DNA from: the human T2T-CHM13v2.0 reference genome, Homo sapiens
Assembly (NCBI RefSeq): GCF_009914755.1
Contig: NC_060926.1
Length of the DNA: 64,000 nt
Direction: 5' to 3' (one strand)
Shown here: positions 15,497-29,692 of the stretch, in pieces
Position numbering within the stretch: the first letter of the stretch is position 1
Layout: each line of letters begins with the position of its first letter
The notes under the pieces: model-generated
The model's input: only the letters and a program-made list of their open reading frames with translations
Told to the model about the DNA's origin: nothing
Databases searched by the model: none
Made by a program: the position numbers and the translations under genes

Positions 15497-15989
15497 CTCC
15501 TTGCTCCCATTTTAAGTGCCGGTGGATTTGGAAAGATGGATATGTAGTCTCTGGGATCATTGTCTTTGATGTATTTAGAGCTTAGCAGCTGTCCTGTCAG
15601 CCCGAGCCCTGTGTCACTCGGCATCTCTGCCAATGTTACTACGTCCCAAGAAGCTTTTCAGGTGGCTTCCAGGTCTGTATTGGAAGCAATGACCTACCTG
15701 TGTTGTGAGATATCCCAGGAGCCAGCCTCTGTCACTCACAGGCTTCCAGATTGCTCTGCCCTGGCCTGGGGTCTCTGTCTGAAGTAGAGCATGAAAGCAG
15801 CCGGCCCCAACCCTGCAGGGTACACCTGAGCCTTTGACTCCGAGGAAGGAAATGGCGATGGGGGGATGCAGGGATGATGAGGAAAGGCCTCACTCTTTGA
15901 GTGTGTGATGAAAGGGAAAGGATGTCAGGAAGGCACTGAGCAAAAGGCTGTTACAGCTGACCTTGAGAGGTCAGCCAATCCATTAGCTG

Positions 15990-16600
15990 CATGGGGCCCA
16001 GAGAGGGTGAAGTTCTTTCATGAGATCATGCAGCAAGTTAGTGTCAAGTCTAGAATTAGAACTTGGGTGTCTTTGACCCTGACAGCGGGAGATGAGCAGT
16101 GGCCATTAGGTGTGATGGTGGTTGTAGGAGCAGCCACAGGCACTCTGAAATTGAAGGAGAAGAGAAGAGGCAGGGGAAGTGTAGCTGGTTGGCTTGTCAG
16201 CTCCCTGAGGCTCTCACCTTGTCACACCAAAGGGCAAAATGTATGGAGCGTGCATGGGACAGTAGAAAGAATGGAGGATTCAGGGCCAGACAAACCCATC
16301 AAGCCTTACTCTCAGAGGAACTGCTCTGTGTGCAGGTAGCCTCGTGTAGTGCCAGCCAGTGGTTCCCTTCTCCAGGGCTCTCTGGCTCCAGGGCAGCTGT
16401 TCTGTGAGAGGAGTGTCAGGTCCCGTTACAGGAAGAGCACAGATCAGGAGTCTGATGTTTCTGAGCCAGTTCTTTCACATACTAGCTGTGTGACCTTGAA
16501 AAAGTCAGCCTGCTGGAGCCTTTGTTCCCTGAACCACAGCCTGGCCACAGCAGTCCTGACCTCAGAGGTTAGGGGATGAAACTAGGGACCTATCACACTA
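15990..16600. mobile_element. Two MIR fragments (~15990-16080 minus, ~16430-16600 plus)
   Basis: GGCCCAGAGAGGGTGAAG...CAGCAAGTTAGTG and ACTAGCTGTGTGACCTTG MIR cores. Confidence 0.55.
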
Positions 16601-18839
16601 TGTGGCACCTGTGTATGTTTCATAAATTCGACCGAGCTTGGTGCTCCCCACACCCCCCAAGTGTCTGGTAATAATTCTTCATCTTTTTTCCCATTATTAC
16701 TGACACTATTGATAGAAAATAAATCCCATGAGTGAGTTGATTGCTTATCCATTATACAGGGTATCATACTACAATTTCTTTAATAATAGAAAAGGTTAAA
16801 GTTTTGGAATTACTCTTACTTGAAAATCTGTACAGAGTTAAAATATTAAGGAAAATGTAAAATAATATAATAACTTGATAAAATGTGCACCTCCCCTCAT
16901 TTTGTCTTTTACTGTGTAGAAGCTGATTATGTGTACAGAACTTACTATTATATTTAAAACAAAACTGAAAAGTCTCACAGATAAATCCAAGGCACATAAT
17001 TATGTTATGACTGTTGTGCTGAGTGGTAATTTAGTATGGATATCAGGTAGTTTACTTAAAAGATTGTAATTATCCTTATTACACTGCAAGTCAAAGATTT
17101 TAAAATTTACATTCTTTCGTATCAGCAGATACATACCAGTTCAGCCATCATTAGTTTGTCAAAAGCTAGTGCTTGGTTGTTACCCATTTACCCGCGCACA
17201 CATCAGAGCCAATTCCTGCATATTGCTCTGTGAGAACTGGCCTGTCCTCTCCACACTCTAGCCTGTGCACCGCTTGGTGGCCAGTGGGCTGGTTGCTTTG
17301 TCTCTGTGAGCCAATCCTTTTTGCCTGCCTTCTGTTGCTTCTTCTTGAGAGAGAGATTGCGGCAGTAGAAATCCTGGGTCTGTGCTCTTGGCCTGCTGTT
17401 CAGGGAATAGCATGATCTCCATGCTGGCATTTGGCTGGAGCCTTAGCCTGGGGTGATTGTGGAGGAGAGAAGGCTCTTGGGAAAATGGACTCAGAAGTCC
17501 TCAGCATCTAAGACTCTTAGAACAGAATATTGCAGAGGCTAGGAGTCAAAGGGGCTAGGCCCAGTTAACTAACGTTTTGACTTGTTCATGAGCAGGGTGT
17601 TGTTCAGAAGACAATGAAAATGCACCAGACTGAAATTGTACTACCTCGCCTCTCACTGGTTAGAACTTAACATTTATTTGTCCAGCACGAAAGCCCTTTA
17701 TTTTCCCTTGATTAAGAGGCTTAATATGCAAATGTACAGTGTAGTGACTGAGTTTCAGTGGTGGTATGAATGAGACCACTGTTACCATACCATGGCAAGG
17801 AGGATTTAGGCCAGAAAAGCAGGAAGGTTCTGGTGCTAGGGCAGAAAGGGGGTGTAGAAAGTATGTGGGGGCTTTCTTACAGGGGCAAATGGTCACCTAC
17901 AGTAAACTTCTGACTAATCATTTTCACCAATGCTAGCCCTATTTATCTTCATCTCTGTACTAGACAGCTGGAAGTTGTCAGAGGGCCAAAGGTCTTTATT
18001 TCTTGGACAGTGTTTGAGCAGAAGTTTTCTTCTGTTCAATGCCCAATCAGGGTACCAAGTAGGGGCCACCTGCTTTATTTTTTTATTAGGGTTTCCTGGT
18101 AAGATCATATGAAAAAATCTGTAGGTTTTGGAGTAAACACCTCCCAGAATACTCTAAGTCACTCTTCTTAGTCATTTGTTGGGTGGCCAAGGTCAAGGCA
18201 AAAAGGTGGGCTGGGGCCTGCCCATGGGAGGCCGTCTTTGTCAAACCAAGGAATTCAGGCTTCAATCTGAAGCCTCAGGATGAAGAATTTGAAGCAGAAG
18301 AGGGAGACCACTCCAGTAATAGTAGGGTGGGTCCCATGGAACAGAATATGATTGAGTCAAGGAGACCAGTTTGGATGTTGTTGGATTAGGAGCTAGAAAA
18401 GAAAATAGAAATGGAAGTAGATAGAAGGGTATAAATGAGTTCTGGCTGACAGGTCAAATTGTGATGGGGACGCAGAAGTCTCAGAATGGCTTTGAATGGT
18501 TGCTGACAGATACTCTCAGGATGAATGATGTGAGTGATACTTTTCCACAGGGAAGAAGTCTGTTTCCTACAGCCTTCTATTTACTGATGGTGTTTTCCCT
18601 GTTAAACTTTCCAGATGCCTACTAGTTACAGGTGTTTTATTCCACCAGAAGCAAATTCACATCAAATATTTTGAATGTTAAAAATTGCAGAGCTGCTGCA
18701 GCTGCTGCTGCAGTCAGAATTGCTTCCCACTTGTTTTTACACAGTCCCCTGTGATAACCTCCATCCTAACTGGCCCCTACATCTGATCTGCTCCCTAACT
18801 TTCAGCTGTCCAAATCAGTTCGATCTGTCCAACAGTTCC

Positions 18840-19452
18840 CTTCCTTCAGTGGTTGCCCATTGCTGACAGTATAAAGACCAAGCTCTTTAATGCGACTCTA
18901 GGCCCACCTAATGCGTGGCCCTCCTTATTTCCTTGTTGCTGCCACACTGGCCTCTGCCATCCCCTGCTTCTTGCCCATCTCCTGCCTGCCAGGCACTTCT
19001 GTATGCCTCTCTCTGCCTTACCCAGCTGGGTCCTGGTCATGAATACAGGCATTTTTAGCACTGTGTCTCTTGCTGTCATAGCACTTGGCACAGTTGTGTT
19101 TTTACATTTGTTTGTGCCATCTTTGGTTAGTAATGGAGAGGGATCACTTGCTTATTGCAGCAGTGCCTGGCATGTAGCTGATCCTTATGTGTTTTGAGTA
19201 TAATAACTCGTTCTATTGCTGACCCTCTGTCATTCAAAAATGTTATATTCAGTATATTTTTTTCTGATTGTCCTGTACAAGTAAGCCCCTTTGCAGTGTG
19301 CCCTTTAGGACCCTGTTCTAACTTTGTAACACCCCTCACTGCTTGTGAGTAATTGTTGATTCTTCCTGCCAGAATGTAAGTTCTGGGTTGCAGAGTTAGT
19401 GCTCCTGACACTTGGTACCTGGTGGATACTTAATAACGGTTTGTTGACTGAA
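18840..19452 (+). mobile_element. L2 fragments
   Basis: CTTCAGTGGTTGCCCATTGC, CAGTGCCTGGCATGTAG and TACTTAATAACGGTTTGTTGACTGAA match L2 3' motifs. Confidence 0.6.
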
Positions 19453-20035
19453 AGAACAGTTTAGACAGTTGTCTATTAAATTTAAAGCAGTTAAAGCCCT
19501 GGCAGCACAAGTGTTCATCAATCTCCTTCCTCCCTCATTCCTTCCTTTCTCTCTTTGACAACTCATTTGTACTATCACAGTATTACATACTTGCTCTGTT
19601 ATGAGCTGTCCATGTACAGGAAAAAGGGGCTATTGGGCAATCGGAGTTTTGATTATGAAAAGTTAGTCATTATGACAAAACCATGAAACACAGATGATAA
19701 ACCTTCTAGTAAAATTTAATCTTTTGAAATTATTTGTCACCTGGGAGAGCTGCCATTCTGACACTTAGTGCTTTTTAAAATCAGTCAGGTGTGTATGTAC
19801 TTCTGTTGGTCAGAGATGGTGAGTGGGTGTGTGGTTTCTGGGAGACCTGAAAATGGGGCCAGAGCTGTGGGTTTTCTGCAGCTCTAACAAGCTGCCACCC
19901 TTATTTTGGTGATGAGGCTTGTGCCCACTTTTTAATTTTTTGATTAAATTGTGCTGATTACATGGTTCCAAAGAACTTAGGGAATGCACAGTATTGCTCC
20001 AGATTACTTGTCAGTTAGGATTTACCTATTGTGAG

Positions 20036-20040
20036 ATATA

Positions 20041-20074
<34 letters not shown>

Positions 20075-20075
20075 T
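20036..20075. repeat. (AT)n followed by poly-T
   Basis: Direct reading. Confidence 0.95.
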
Positions 20076-21107
20076 GCTGTTAGTCATTGTTGTCTCATTT
20101 GATGGATCAGAGTGTGAGATTGGGAAATGTTACGTATTAATATCAGGAAAAGAGACAGGCCTGGAGTAGGTCTGGAGGTAGGGCTGCTTAGTGTTTTATT
20201 AACCATGCTGATGAATGCACACATTCAAGATAATCTGTTCCCTTTCCATTCTCTGCCACTCCTTTTGAATTGCTCAAGGCTGGGATTCTATGTCTGGAAC
20301 AGGTGACTCAGATGAAATAAAGTTTGAAAAGGAAAAAAACCCTGTCAATTTCTGGTTACTCATTATCATTCAGGGTCCAGATTCTGCCTTTTCTCTCTAC
20401 TCTCTCCCCCCTCTTTCTCCCTCACTTAGGCTCCTGTCACCTTTAACTTTCTCACCACACTTTTTAAAAGTTGGCCAGGAATGAATGGAAATGGTGAGGA
20501 ATGCCATGAATTAATATTTATTGATCCTCTGTTCTGTGGCAGGCTCTGGAAGTATTTTGAGATTCGGAGAGGTTACCTAACATGCTAGCATCATATGGCT
20601 TGTAGGTGGCAGGGCTGTGCTTGAATCCAAGATTGACTCAGGACCTATTTCTGGACCATGTTGCCTCCAGTGCTTTCTCATCCTGGTTGGACAGGGAGAA
20701 ACTGTCTTAAAAGTCACCCGCTACATCCCCAAGAAGAGAAAGCCCCTTGTACTTTTTTTTCTTCTCTGAAGTCACAAAAATACATTCCTAGGTAAAGACT
20801 GGGATATTTCCAACACCAAAGAGTACCATATATGATTTCTGTCTTAGTCCATTGAACAAAAGAAGTTAGGTAAACAGCTTCTGATCAGAAACTGACTTGG
20901 ATTCTTAATGAACATTAGGGCCAACCTGAGGGGTAAAACAGTTTTAGGCAGGATATGTTGAGAAAGAAAGGCCTTCAGTCAATACTAGAAGTAACTTACA
21001 TGCAGATTTTTAAAAAAAGCAGTAGGATGCCTTTTTAAATTTTTTTAATATGGGGCAGTTGAAGTCAGTTTGGGTTGAACAGAATTGATAGTTACTGCCT
21101 TTGGGAG

Positions 21108-21151
21108 TCGATTTGTAGAGTGAAAGAAATCGACTTGTAGAGTGAAAGAAA
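21108..21151. repeat. 22-bp tandem duplication
   Basis: TCGA(T/C)TTGTAGAGTGAAAGAAA x2, 1 mismatch. Confidence 0.95.
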
Positions 21152-23149
21152 TAGAATAGTGATCTGCAGAAGGTTTTTTTTGGCCCAGTGATTTTTTAAA
21201 GACATCTTGCACCTGTCTTATTCTCTCACTATTCTCCTATGCTTTGGATTGCTGTAAGGACCTTGACTCAGGTGTTGCTTCCTTGAAGATCTGATGACCA
21301 CTCTTTTCTTTTCTTGCCCTCTGCTTGCTTTCTGGGTTCCTGTCCTTGTGCTTATGCAGTTTAAGGGAAGTACAGTGGTGGAAAGATCACTGTCTGCCTG
21401 GCTGCCACCATATTGTTGGTGACCTTGGGAAAGAGACTGAACCCAAGAACCCATTTTTGTAGTTTCAAATTAGGGTTGATTGTAATAGTCCTATTTCATG
21501 AGGTGGTTGTGAGGATTAAATGAAACAGCATTCATAAAGTGACACATATATAATGGTGCAGTGAATACAGTTACTGCTGGCCGTCATTATTCCTTGGTAC
21601 CTCTGGTAAGGCATTCGTTTTATTCTTTTTAGCATGGTTGTCTACTGTTACACATAATATCTAGAAGGTAGAATCTGTGACTTACGAATAGTACAGGGCA
21701 TGGTAGGCAGGATAGGAGGCGAACCTGCTTAGTCCACAAGCGTCTTTGCAGTTGACTCAAATAAATCTGGCAGTCAACACAGTGCTTTTCTTTCTTGCAC
21801 ACATCTGATGTTCAGAAAACAAATCTTTAAATGTGGACAGTAGTTCCCAAAGGTGTTACTTCTGTTGCCTTCAGGTTACAGCATGGATGACCCAAAAGTA
21901 AAAACATTTATGAAGTCATCTTAGTGTATAAATGGAAACATTTATTTTCTTCATGGATAGGAGTCCTAAAGTCTTTTTTTTCCCTAAAATATCATTTAAT
22001 TCTAAAGCTTCTATTTACTTTTCTTACAATTTAAGAAATACAGGCAGAGCATTACCTCTGTAATACTTGGTGTGCTGTGCTATGGGTTTTTAGTGGTTGT
22101 AATTTAAGTTCTCTGGAGGTTGTCAGCTACCTTCTCAGAAAAATCTGAGTGCTTAGTGCCTTATTGAACTAGGGCTTATTGGATATATTTACTTTTTGAA
22201 TTCTATTGACTAAATAAAGAATTAAAAAACCCCTATCCTTAACTCTGAAAACTTGTTTCCTTTACAACTGGTAGATAGAAGAATTTCCAGTGAATCTTTA
22301 AATTCAACTCCAGAAATGAATTTAGAATTCACTTGGATTAGAGTTGTTAATTACCTCTTTGTTCAGCCAACATTATTTGAGTAGTCAGCTATAGAGGTAT
22401 TAAGAGAACCAACCTTGGGACCATCAGAATGGCTTCTGTCTGTTAACCTATAAATGAGACGGACTTTATAAATCTTTTGTTAGTAGGGCAGTCACTCTCT
22501 CATCTCACCTTATGTCTGAGATTCTGGCCCTTCCTATGCTTTGGGGAGGTCCATTATTTTACACTAAAGGGAGGAAGGGTGATGGAGAATTGTTGACACG
22601 TTTGCTTTTGGACATGTTGACCACAGGTCATAGGCCCCAGGGATGCAGATGTTGAGTATCCTGGGAGGATGGAAAGTACTACTGAACCTTCAACACAACA
22701 TCTGTCGCTTTCTTGGCTTCAAAGTTGCTTTATATCATCTTGATATTTTCCCCTCAATCATCATAATTTAAAGCCTGCATTGCTGTATTGTGCCTCTAAT
22801 TTATTATATAAATCTGGAATCCTACACTAATAAGGTCATTTGCTGTTTCCAGTAGAATAAAAACTTGAAGCCATGCTTTTTGACCTTGATGTCTGCAGTA
22901 ACTGTTCTTTTCAAGCTTGCTGAGAAGACAGAAAGCAATGTTGACTTTCAAGGGGGAAAATAAATATTTGAAGATAGGGTTTAGTTGTCTCAGTTTGCAC
23001 TGTCAGCATAAGCAAAGACCTTCCCTTATTCGCTTTGAAAAAAAAACCTTATTTTTAGAGTAAGGGAAGGAAACATGTCTGTTGAGAAAACCTTGCTAAA
23101 TTTTGTGGAAGTGCAAAATTCTCTCCTTAGTCCTCTCCTTTTCTGTAGC

Positions 23150-23370
23150 TAACAATAGTAACAGTGATTACAGTCAGCATTTGAATGTGTATGAGCCAGA
23201 CCCTGAACTGTTTACCCTTAAAATACCTCCATTAGTTGTTACTCTCATTGCTACAAATGATGAGACTGAGGTTTAGAGAGGTTATTTATCACTTAAAGCC
23301 ATAAAGAGTTAAAAAGTGGATCTGAGAATCAAATTCAACTTTGATGCTTGAGGACTCTTGGAGCACTACT
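23150..23370 (-). mobile_element. MIR fragment
   Basis: ACAAATGATGAGACTGAGGTTTAGAGAGGTTA reverse MIR core. Confidence 0.65.
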
Positions 23371-23394
23371 GTATTATAAACTTTGAAATTTTGA

Positions 23395-23739
<345 letters not shown>

Positions 23740-23869
23740 AGTAGTAGGTGTTTTTCTTAAGGATATCGCAGACTCCATGTTAATGAAGAGGAGTTCCCTG
23801 CCCACTTGCTAAATTAGATCAAGGACATTTTACTCTACCCACCCCCGCTCCAGCCCCCAACCTTAATCT

Positions 23870-23991
23870 TTCAGTTTTAATTTCTAATGTGGTAAATATT
23901 GATATAATCCAGCTAAACATAAAGTTATTTGAAGTTTTCAATTTTCATGAGTGCAAAAAAGTCCTGAGGCTAAAAACTTTGAGGACGACTG
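23870..23991. mobile_element. hAT-Charlie (Charlie4-like) end fragment
   Basis: AATTTCTAATGTGGTAAATATTGATA...GTCCTGAGGCTAAAAACTTTGAG. Confidence 0.55.
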
Positions 23992-23994
23992 GTT

Positions 23995-24200
23995 TAGTTT
24001 TTAAAACATAGGCTTTGGGCCAGCAGGCCCTGGGTTTGAGTCCCTTTTCTAGCATTTACCAGCTATGGGCCTTTGTGAAAGTTATTTTTCTGATTCTCAG
24101 TGTACTTATTTGAAAAATAAAAAAAATTGAAAAATTGGTTACATGGGGTTGTGAGAACTAAATAGTACATGCCAAGTGTTTCACTTCAGGCTGGGTGCTC
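23995..24200 (+). mobile_element. MIR
   Basis: GGCTTTGGG...CCTGGGTTTGAGTCCC...ATTTACCAGCT...GTTGTGAGAACTAAAT. Confidence 0.65.
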
Positions 24201-25926
24201 TTAGGAATGCCACGCTGCTGTGCTAGATAGTGCGGCTGAAAGGTGAGTGTGTGTTTGTAGATGGTTTAGTGAGGGGTCTAAGTGAAGAGCACACCCTTTG
24301 TATCTCTTTGGTTGTGAAGAAGCTGTTGTCAAGAGCACAGGAGGGCTGTGTGACCTGGTTCCAGGGTCCCTGGGCTCTAGTGGGTCATCTGGGCTGGAGG
24401 AAGAATTGCAGAGGACCCTTCAGAGTCCCGCACTCTTGGGTTGGGCTCAGCCTGACTCAGGAGGCAGAGTGCTGTCCAGGAGAGAATCTGAGCGCTGAAA
24501 TTTCCTTTGGAGGCTTCCCAGGCAGGTACAGGCAGGTTCTGACCTTGATTTCTTTAGGCAGACTGAGGAGGCAGCAAAGCTGTACTGAAAGCTCATTGGT
24601 AACCTACGGTGTGTCTTTTGTCTTCAGTGGCCTCTTAGGACTGGCGCTGTTTTCCTTAAGCCTTTAGAATAAATTGCCTCTTTCCTGCTCCTTGGCTTCC
24701 TGAGCCACGCTGCCTGTGTGCCCGCCCTTAGCTTGCTTCTCTCTCAGCCTCTTTTTGCCTGCCTGACTTCTCCCTCTAGGATGTTTACAATAAATGTGTG
24801 CCAGAGAGTGAAGCCCCTGTAACACAGTGTTAACTTCGGCTTGAGTAAAATGAGTGAGGACTAAAGCTAGCACTGCTTTCCCACTTCCTCTGGCCCCACT
24901 TTCTTTTTATGGAAAAAGTCCTCTCCCTGATTGTTTTTCAGCTGGAGGTCTTGCTCACAAGCCTTCTTTCTGCAGTAGTTTCATTGCAGGGTCAAGCAGG
25001 TAAAGGAGAGAGAATATTGACTACTTAGGATGACATATTACTCCTAACTGTATTTCCTGGAATGGGAGAAAGAAGAGTAATGAGTTATTAATATCTCCAT
25101 AAATAGAGTAGCAATAACTAGCTCTACCTTTCTGCCTAAGCATGTCAGTTATAGTTTAGAAGTCTGAAAGAGCAAACCCATGGCTTTTCAGATTTTAAAT
25201 TCTAAAGGGAGAGGCTTTTTATCAGGCCCACGTCCTGCTCTTTTTGAAAGAGGTTTTATTTACTTTAAATAAATTACTAAAATTATAAATCTGTTTATAT
25301 TCAGTTCTAACTTGTCTTCAAGTTTTCTGCTTGGGAAGACTGGTGAGACTGGAGCAAGATGAACTCAGTTTTCCCCATGAAAGATTGTTAGGGATGTGTG
25401 AGCAGAAGGTAGGTTAACCACATGTTAACATACCTTGGGGAGTGTGGCAAGGTGGCTGCCTTAATTTTCAGGGCAACTCAGATGCTTCCGTCTATCTGAC
25501 CTGAGCATGAGCAGATAGATGTTGATTAATGCTCTTTTGCCTTGTTTTTTGGCTTTTTTGGGGGGTTTACATTTGGTAAGCAATATTTCTAACACAGTGA
25601 AAGTAACAAAACGACAGAGTTCTCTGTAACAGAACTGTGACCCTAGACTCAATAATAAGGAAGAGCGTTGATTTGACCGTTCATTTTTGGATCCAGTGTT
25701 TGTTAAGGCCCTGACTGTCAGTAACAGCCATCTTTTTCAGTTAGTGTGTTGTCTGTTCCCTATTCATGTGACAGGGCCTTGTTGAGCTTTTCATGGGCAC
25801 TTGCCTTTCACTGACAGGATGCTGTTGTCCTTTATTTCCATTCTGCCCTCCCCACTTCAGACATGATAACATGTTTACTAGGGGGAAAATACCTCTACAT
25901 TTTAAACCACTCCCAGGAGCAGATAA

Positions 25927-26233
<307 letters not shown>

Positions 26234-26420
26234 TAATACTTTCAAGAAGAAAAATGTGATAAAGGTAGGACTGCCTGTTTTCTTAAGTTGTTTCTAGCAC
26301 CTCTCTTTACTCTCTATGGCGATGAGGAATCTGGCTGTTAAAGACTGAGTGGAAGATTAGCGTGAAACTTGTCTTAGGCTTGTAAAACAAAATGTCAGGG
26401 AAGTCTTCAAGCCTCCAGAG

Positions 26421-26716
26421 CAGCACTGCCCACTAGAACTGACGTGAGCCACAGAGAGACTTTTCCAGTGTATGCATAAAAACCTAAAAAGAGAGGCGAA
26501 ATTAATTTTAAGAGTAGATTTTATTTAACCTATTTTAGCCATACTGCTATCACTTCAACACATCATTTAACAAATACATTAATTAGGCAATTTACATTCT
26601 TTGTTGAAATGCAGTGTGTAGTATACGTTTACAGCACATCTCAGTTGAGACCCATCATTGTCCAAGTGCCCACTAGCCACATGTGGCTTAATGGCTCTCG
26701 AAGTCCGACAGAGCAG
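26421..26716. mobile_element. MER33/MER3-like hAT-Charlie MITE
   Basis: GCACTGCCCACTAGAACT...TACAGCACATCTCA...CAAGTGCCCACTAGCCACATGTGGCT. Confidence 0.75.
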
Positions 26717-27403
26717 ATTAAGAGACATTGCTTGCTCTTTTTACTACTTAATGAACTTTAGTTTTCTTTTTTTCTGGTTACTGAATTCTAGATGTTAGAT
26801 TTGTAGAGCCTACCTTTTGACCAGCACAAGAGAGGCCTGAGCCAGTCTGTGGTCTTCTCCTTGGGTTGGGGGGTGTGTGAGGAGTGGATGGGGCCAGCGT
26901 ACCTCACTGGCAGGTCCTAGGCGAGTTGGGCTTTACCTTCTCTCCAGGAGACCTGCCAGCCTCTTCCCTCGCTTGAAGACACCAGGGGTGCAGAAGGCAT
27001 TTTCTGGCCAACTGTTCTTTGCTGATCTGTTCATCCTAAGAACAAAATTGAGTGGCTTAAAACAAAATGTAGCTAGCCTATAGTTCCAAACCTTTAAAGC
27101 CTCTGTTATTTAATAAAGGCTGGAAATGAGTTATTCTGAATAGCCAGAGTTTCTCAGAGAGCAACTCTTTAAGCACCAGGAGTTTAGTAACTTTCATGGT
27201 GGGAAGAGTTCTAAGTGTTGAAGGTACTTTTGTCATCTATATGGGGTGGAAATTTTAATTTCACTTTGTTGATGGTGCAGCATCACCTTTTTAGTATGCT
27301 GCTTCACTTACTGGATGAGTAGCTAGTGTAGCAGATTTAAAAGTGTGAGATCAAAAGCTGAATATAGATAGAATGATGACGTTGGGACTTGATTTTTTGA
27401 CAA

Positions 27404-27460
27404 GTATTTGATGGTGTGTTTCTTTGGTGTATTTGATGGTGTGTTTCTTTGGTTTATTTG
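27404..27460. repeat. 25-bp tandem repeat x2.3
   Basis: GTATTTGATGGTGTGTTTCTTTGGT repeated. Confidence 0.95.
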
Positions 27461-28244
27461 CATCTTTTTCAAAGGTGAAATAGAGCATATGTAGCCATAA
27501 AGGTGTGTGGTTCTAGATTAATTTTCACAAGCTTTCTTCTGTAAAATTTCATATTATAAAATAAATTGAATCAGAAATATGGAAAAAAGTGAAAATATCA
27601 CCCCCCCCCCCCCCAATACTGCTGTCCTCCCTCCTCCCAAATAATACTGTTTAAGCATAGTGTCTGGTCTCTGGTGATTTCCTACATACAATTCAAGATT
27701 TGCCCCCAGGTAAAAAAAAAAAAAAAAAAAAAAGTATTAGAATCTACATCTTCTGATTATAAGTCCTAAATTTCTATATTTTATATAGCTACCTTTGGGC
27801 CATGAGTTCTAAGCTTTTTCTTACTGTATGTGTAACTCTGATATGTCCAAATTTGAAATGCCACGGTCATACTTACCTGCACACTTTTGGGGGCCCATTT
27901 AGAGCATTGAGTCTGAAGCGCCTTCTATTTATTAGCATAGAATGTATGCAAACAGCCATCCATAAGCCGTTAAGTGCCTAGCTGAATATCAGGGTTTAAA
28001 GATGTGGTTAAAACTGCTTGTCTGGTTGTGCATTACTAAATTATTTCTGGATCCACTAGCTTGTAAAACACTGCCCTAGAATGTAAATAAACCCCTTACA
28101 AAGTTTGTTGCCTACTTTTTTTTTTTTTTCCTTTGAGTGAGTCTGCTACTGAGCTTCTTACTTGTATTGGCCCCCATTTGGTTCTCTGCCGTGGTTGATA
28201 TCTGTCAGTCTACACTCAGATCAAATTATTTGAAATCCTGTTTC

Positions 28245-28245
28245 C

Positions 28246-28285
<40 letters not shown>

Positions 28286-28561
28286 AAATAAGTTTCACTT
28301 TGTCACACAAGCTGGAATACAGTGATGTGATCATAACTCACTGCAGCCTTGAACTCCAGGGCTCAAGTGATCTCCCACTTCACCCTCCTGGGTAGTTGGG
28401 ACCGCAGGTGCATACCACCACACCCAGCTAATTTTTACTTTTAGTAGAGACACGCTCTTGTTGTGTTGCCCAAGCTGGTCTTCAACTCCTGGGCTCAAGT
28501 GATCCTCAGTCTTAGCCTCCCAAAGCACTGTGATTGCAAGTGTGAGCCACTGTGCCTGGCC
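28245..28561 (-). mobile_element. AluJ with (TG)n microsatellite in place of the tail (~28249-28281)
   Basis: CACTGCAGCCTTGAACTCC...GGGCTCAAGTGATC J-type motifs. Confidence 0.9.
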
Positions 28562-29388
28562 CTGATTTTTTTTTTTTTTTTTAATGTAAGTATATACTGA
28601 TTTTTAAATTTTGGTATGGTGAATAAACATGGTTTTTATTGGCTTAGGGCACCTGTTACTGAGAAACTTAATTTTTTCATGTTTTGTAAGTTTAATAAAT
28701 GGCTTTTTTTGTGCTGGATTTGGATTTGTTGTTCTGCCATGGTAATACATATTATATTCAGGAGAACTGACTACCTCTCACAGCTGAGTCACAGACAGGA
28801 AGCTGACTCTCCATGTTGTCCTCTAGCATTTTAATTTTGTGGGATTACTTTTCTTATTGTAGAATGAGACCTTGCTATAAAAATGTTGTCTTTGGGATCT
28901 TGCACATTTTTGGACTGTGTGTTTAACTGTAAATATTGATTTAAGGAGATTTTAAGCTCACGTTAAAACTAAATTACATTTCGCTTCTGAGAAAAGCCCT
29001 TTGGGAAAAAAGATTTTTAGGCCAAATGTGGAGCTGTTTCCTTAAGTTTGTTTTTTTTTCCTCCCTTGACTTAGGTAGGTAGGTTTTGTCTTCGCCGCCC
29101 CTTCCCTCAACAAGTTCTTTATAGAAACCTGTGATTTCTAGCCCAGTGTATATTGTTGCTTAAACATATAGAATATTGAGGAACCCAAGTTTTACTGGTA
29201 GGGTTCTTAATAACTGCCTTAGGTAGACAAAACATTTTGCCCTTGTGTCCCCCTACTCTTTCGCTCAGATGCAGGTTGAGGTTGGCATCCTGACATCCTG
29301 AGGGTAGAGTGGACTATGAGAGTTTAGGACAAGACCAGGAGAGACATCTAAGGGCTTCTCCTGTGACTGCTTTTGTGTCCATATTCTT

Positions 29389-29692
29389 TTTTTTTGTTTG
29401 TTTTGTTTTTTGAGATGGAGTCTCACTCTGTTGCCCAGGCTGGAGTGCAGTGGTGCGATTTTGGCTCAGCGCAACCTCCGCCTCCTGGGTTCATGCGATC
29501 CTCCTGCCTCACCCTCTTGAGTGGCTGGGATTATAGGCACCTGATACCAGGCCCGGCTAATTTTTGTATTTTTAATAGAGACGGGGTTTCACCATGTTGG
29601 CCAGGCTGGTGTTGAACTCCTGACCTCAGGTGGTAGGCCCGCCTAGGCCTCCAAAGTGCTGGGATTACATGCGTGAGTCACCATGCCCGGCC
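29389..29692 (-). mobile_element. AluSx-like
   Basis: Reverse dimer; TSD TTGTGTCC(A/G)TATTCTT. Confidence 0.95.

Noticed and set aside
27869-27879. ATACTTACCTG, identical to the U1 snRNA 5' end
   Set aside because: Match stops after 11 nt, so not a U1 pseudogene; it is a consensus donor on the - strand (similar one at 45607-45617) with no convincing partner acceptor
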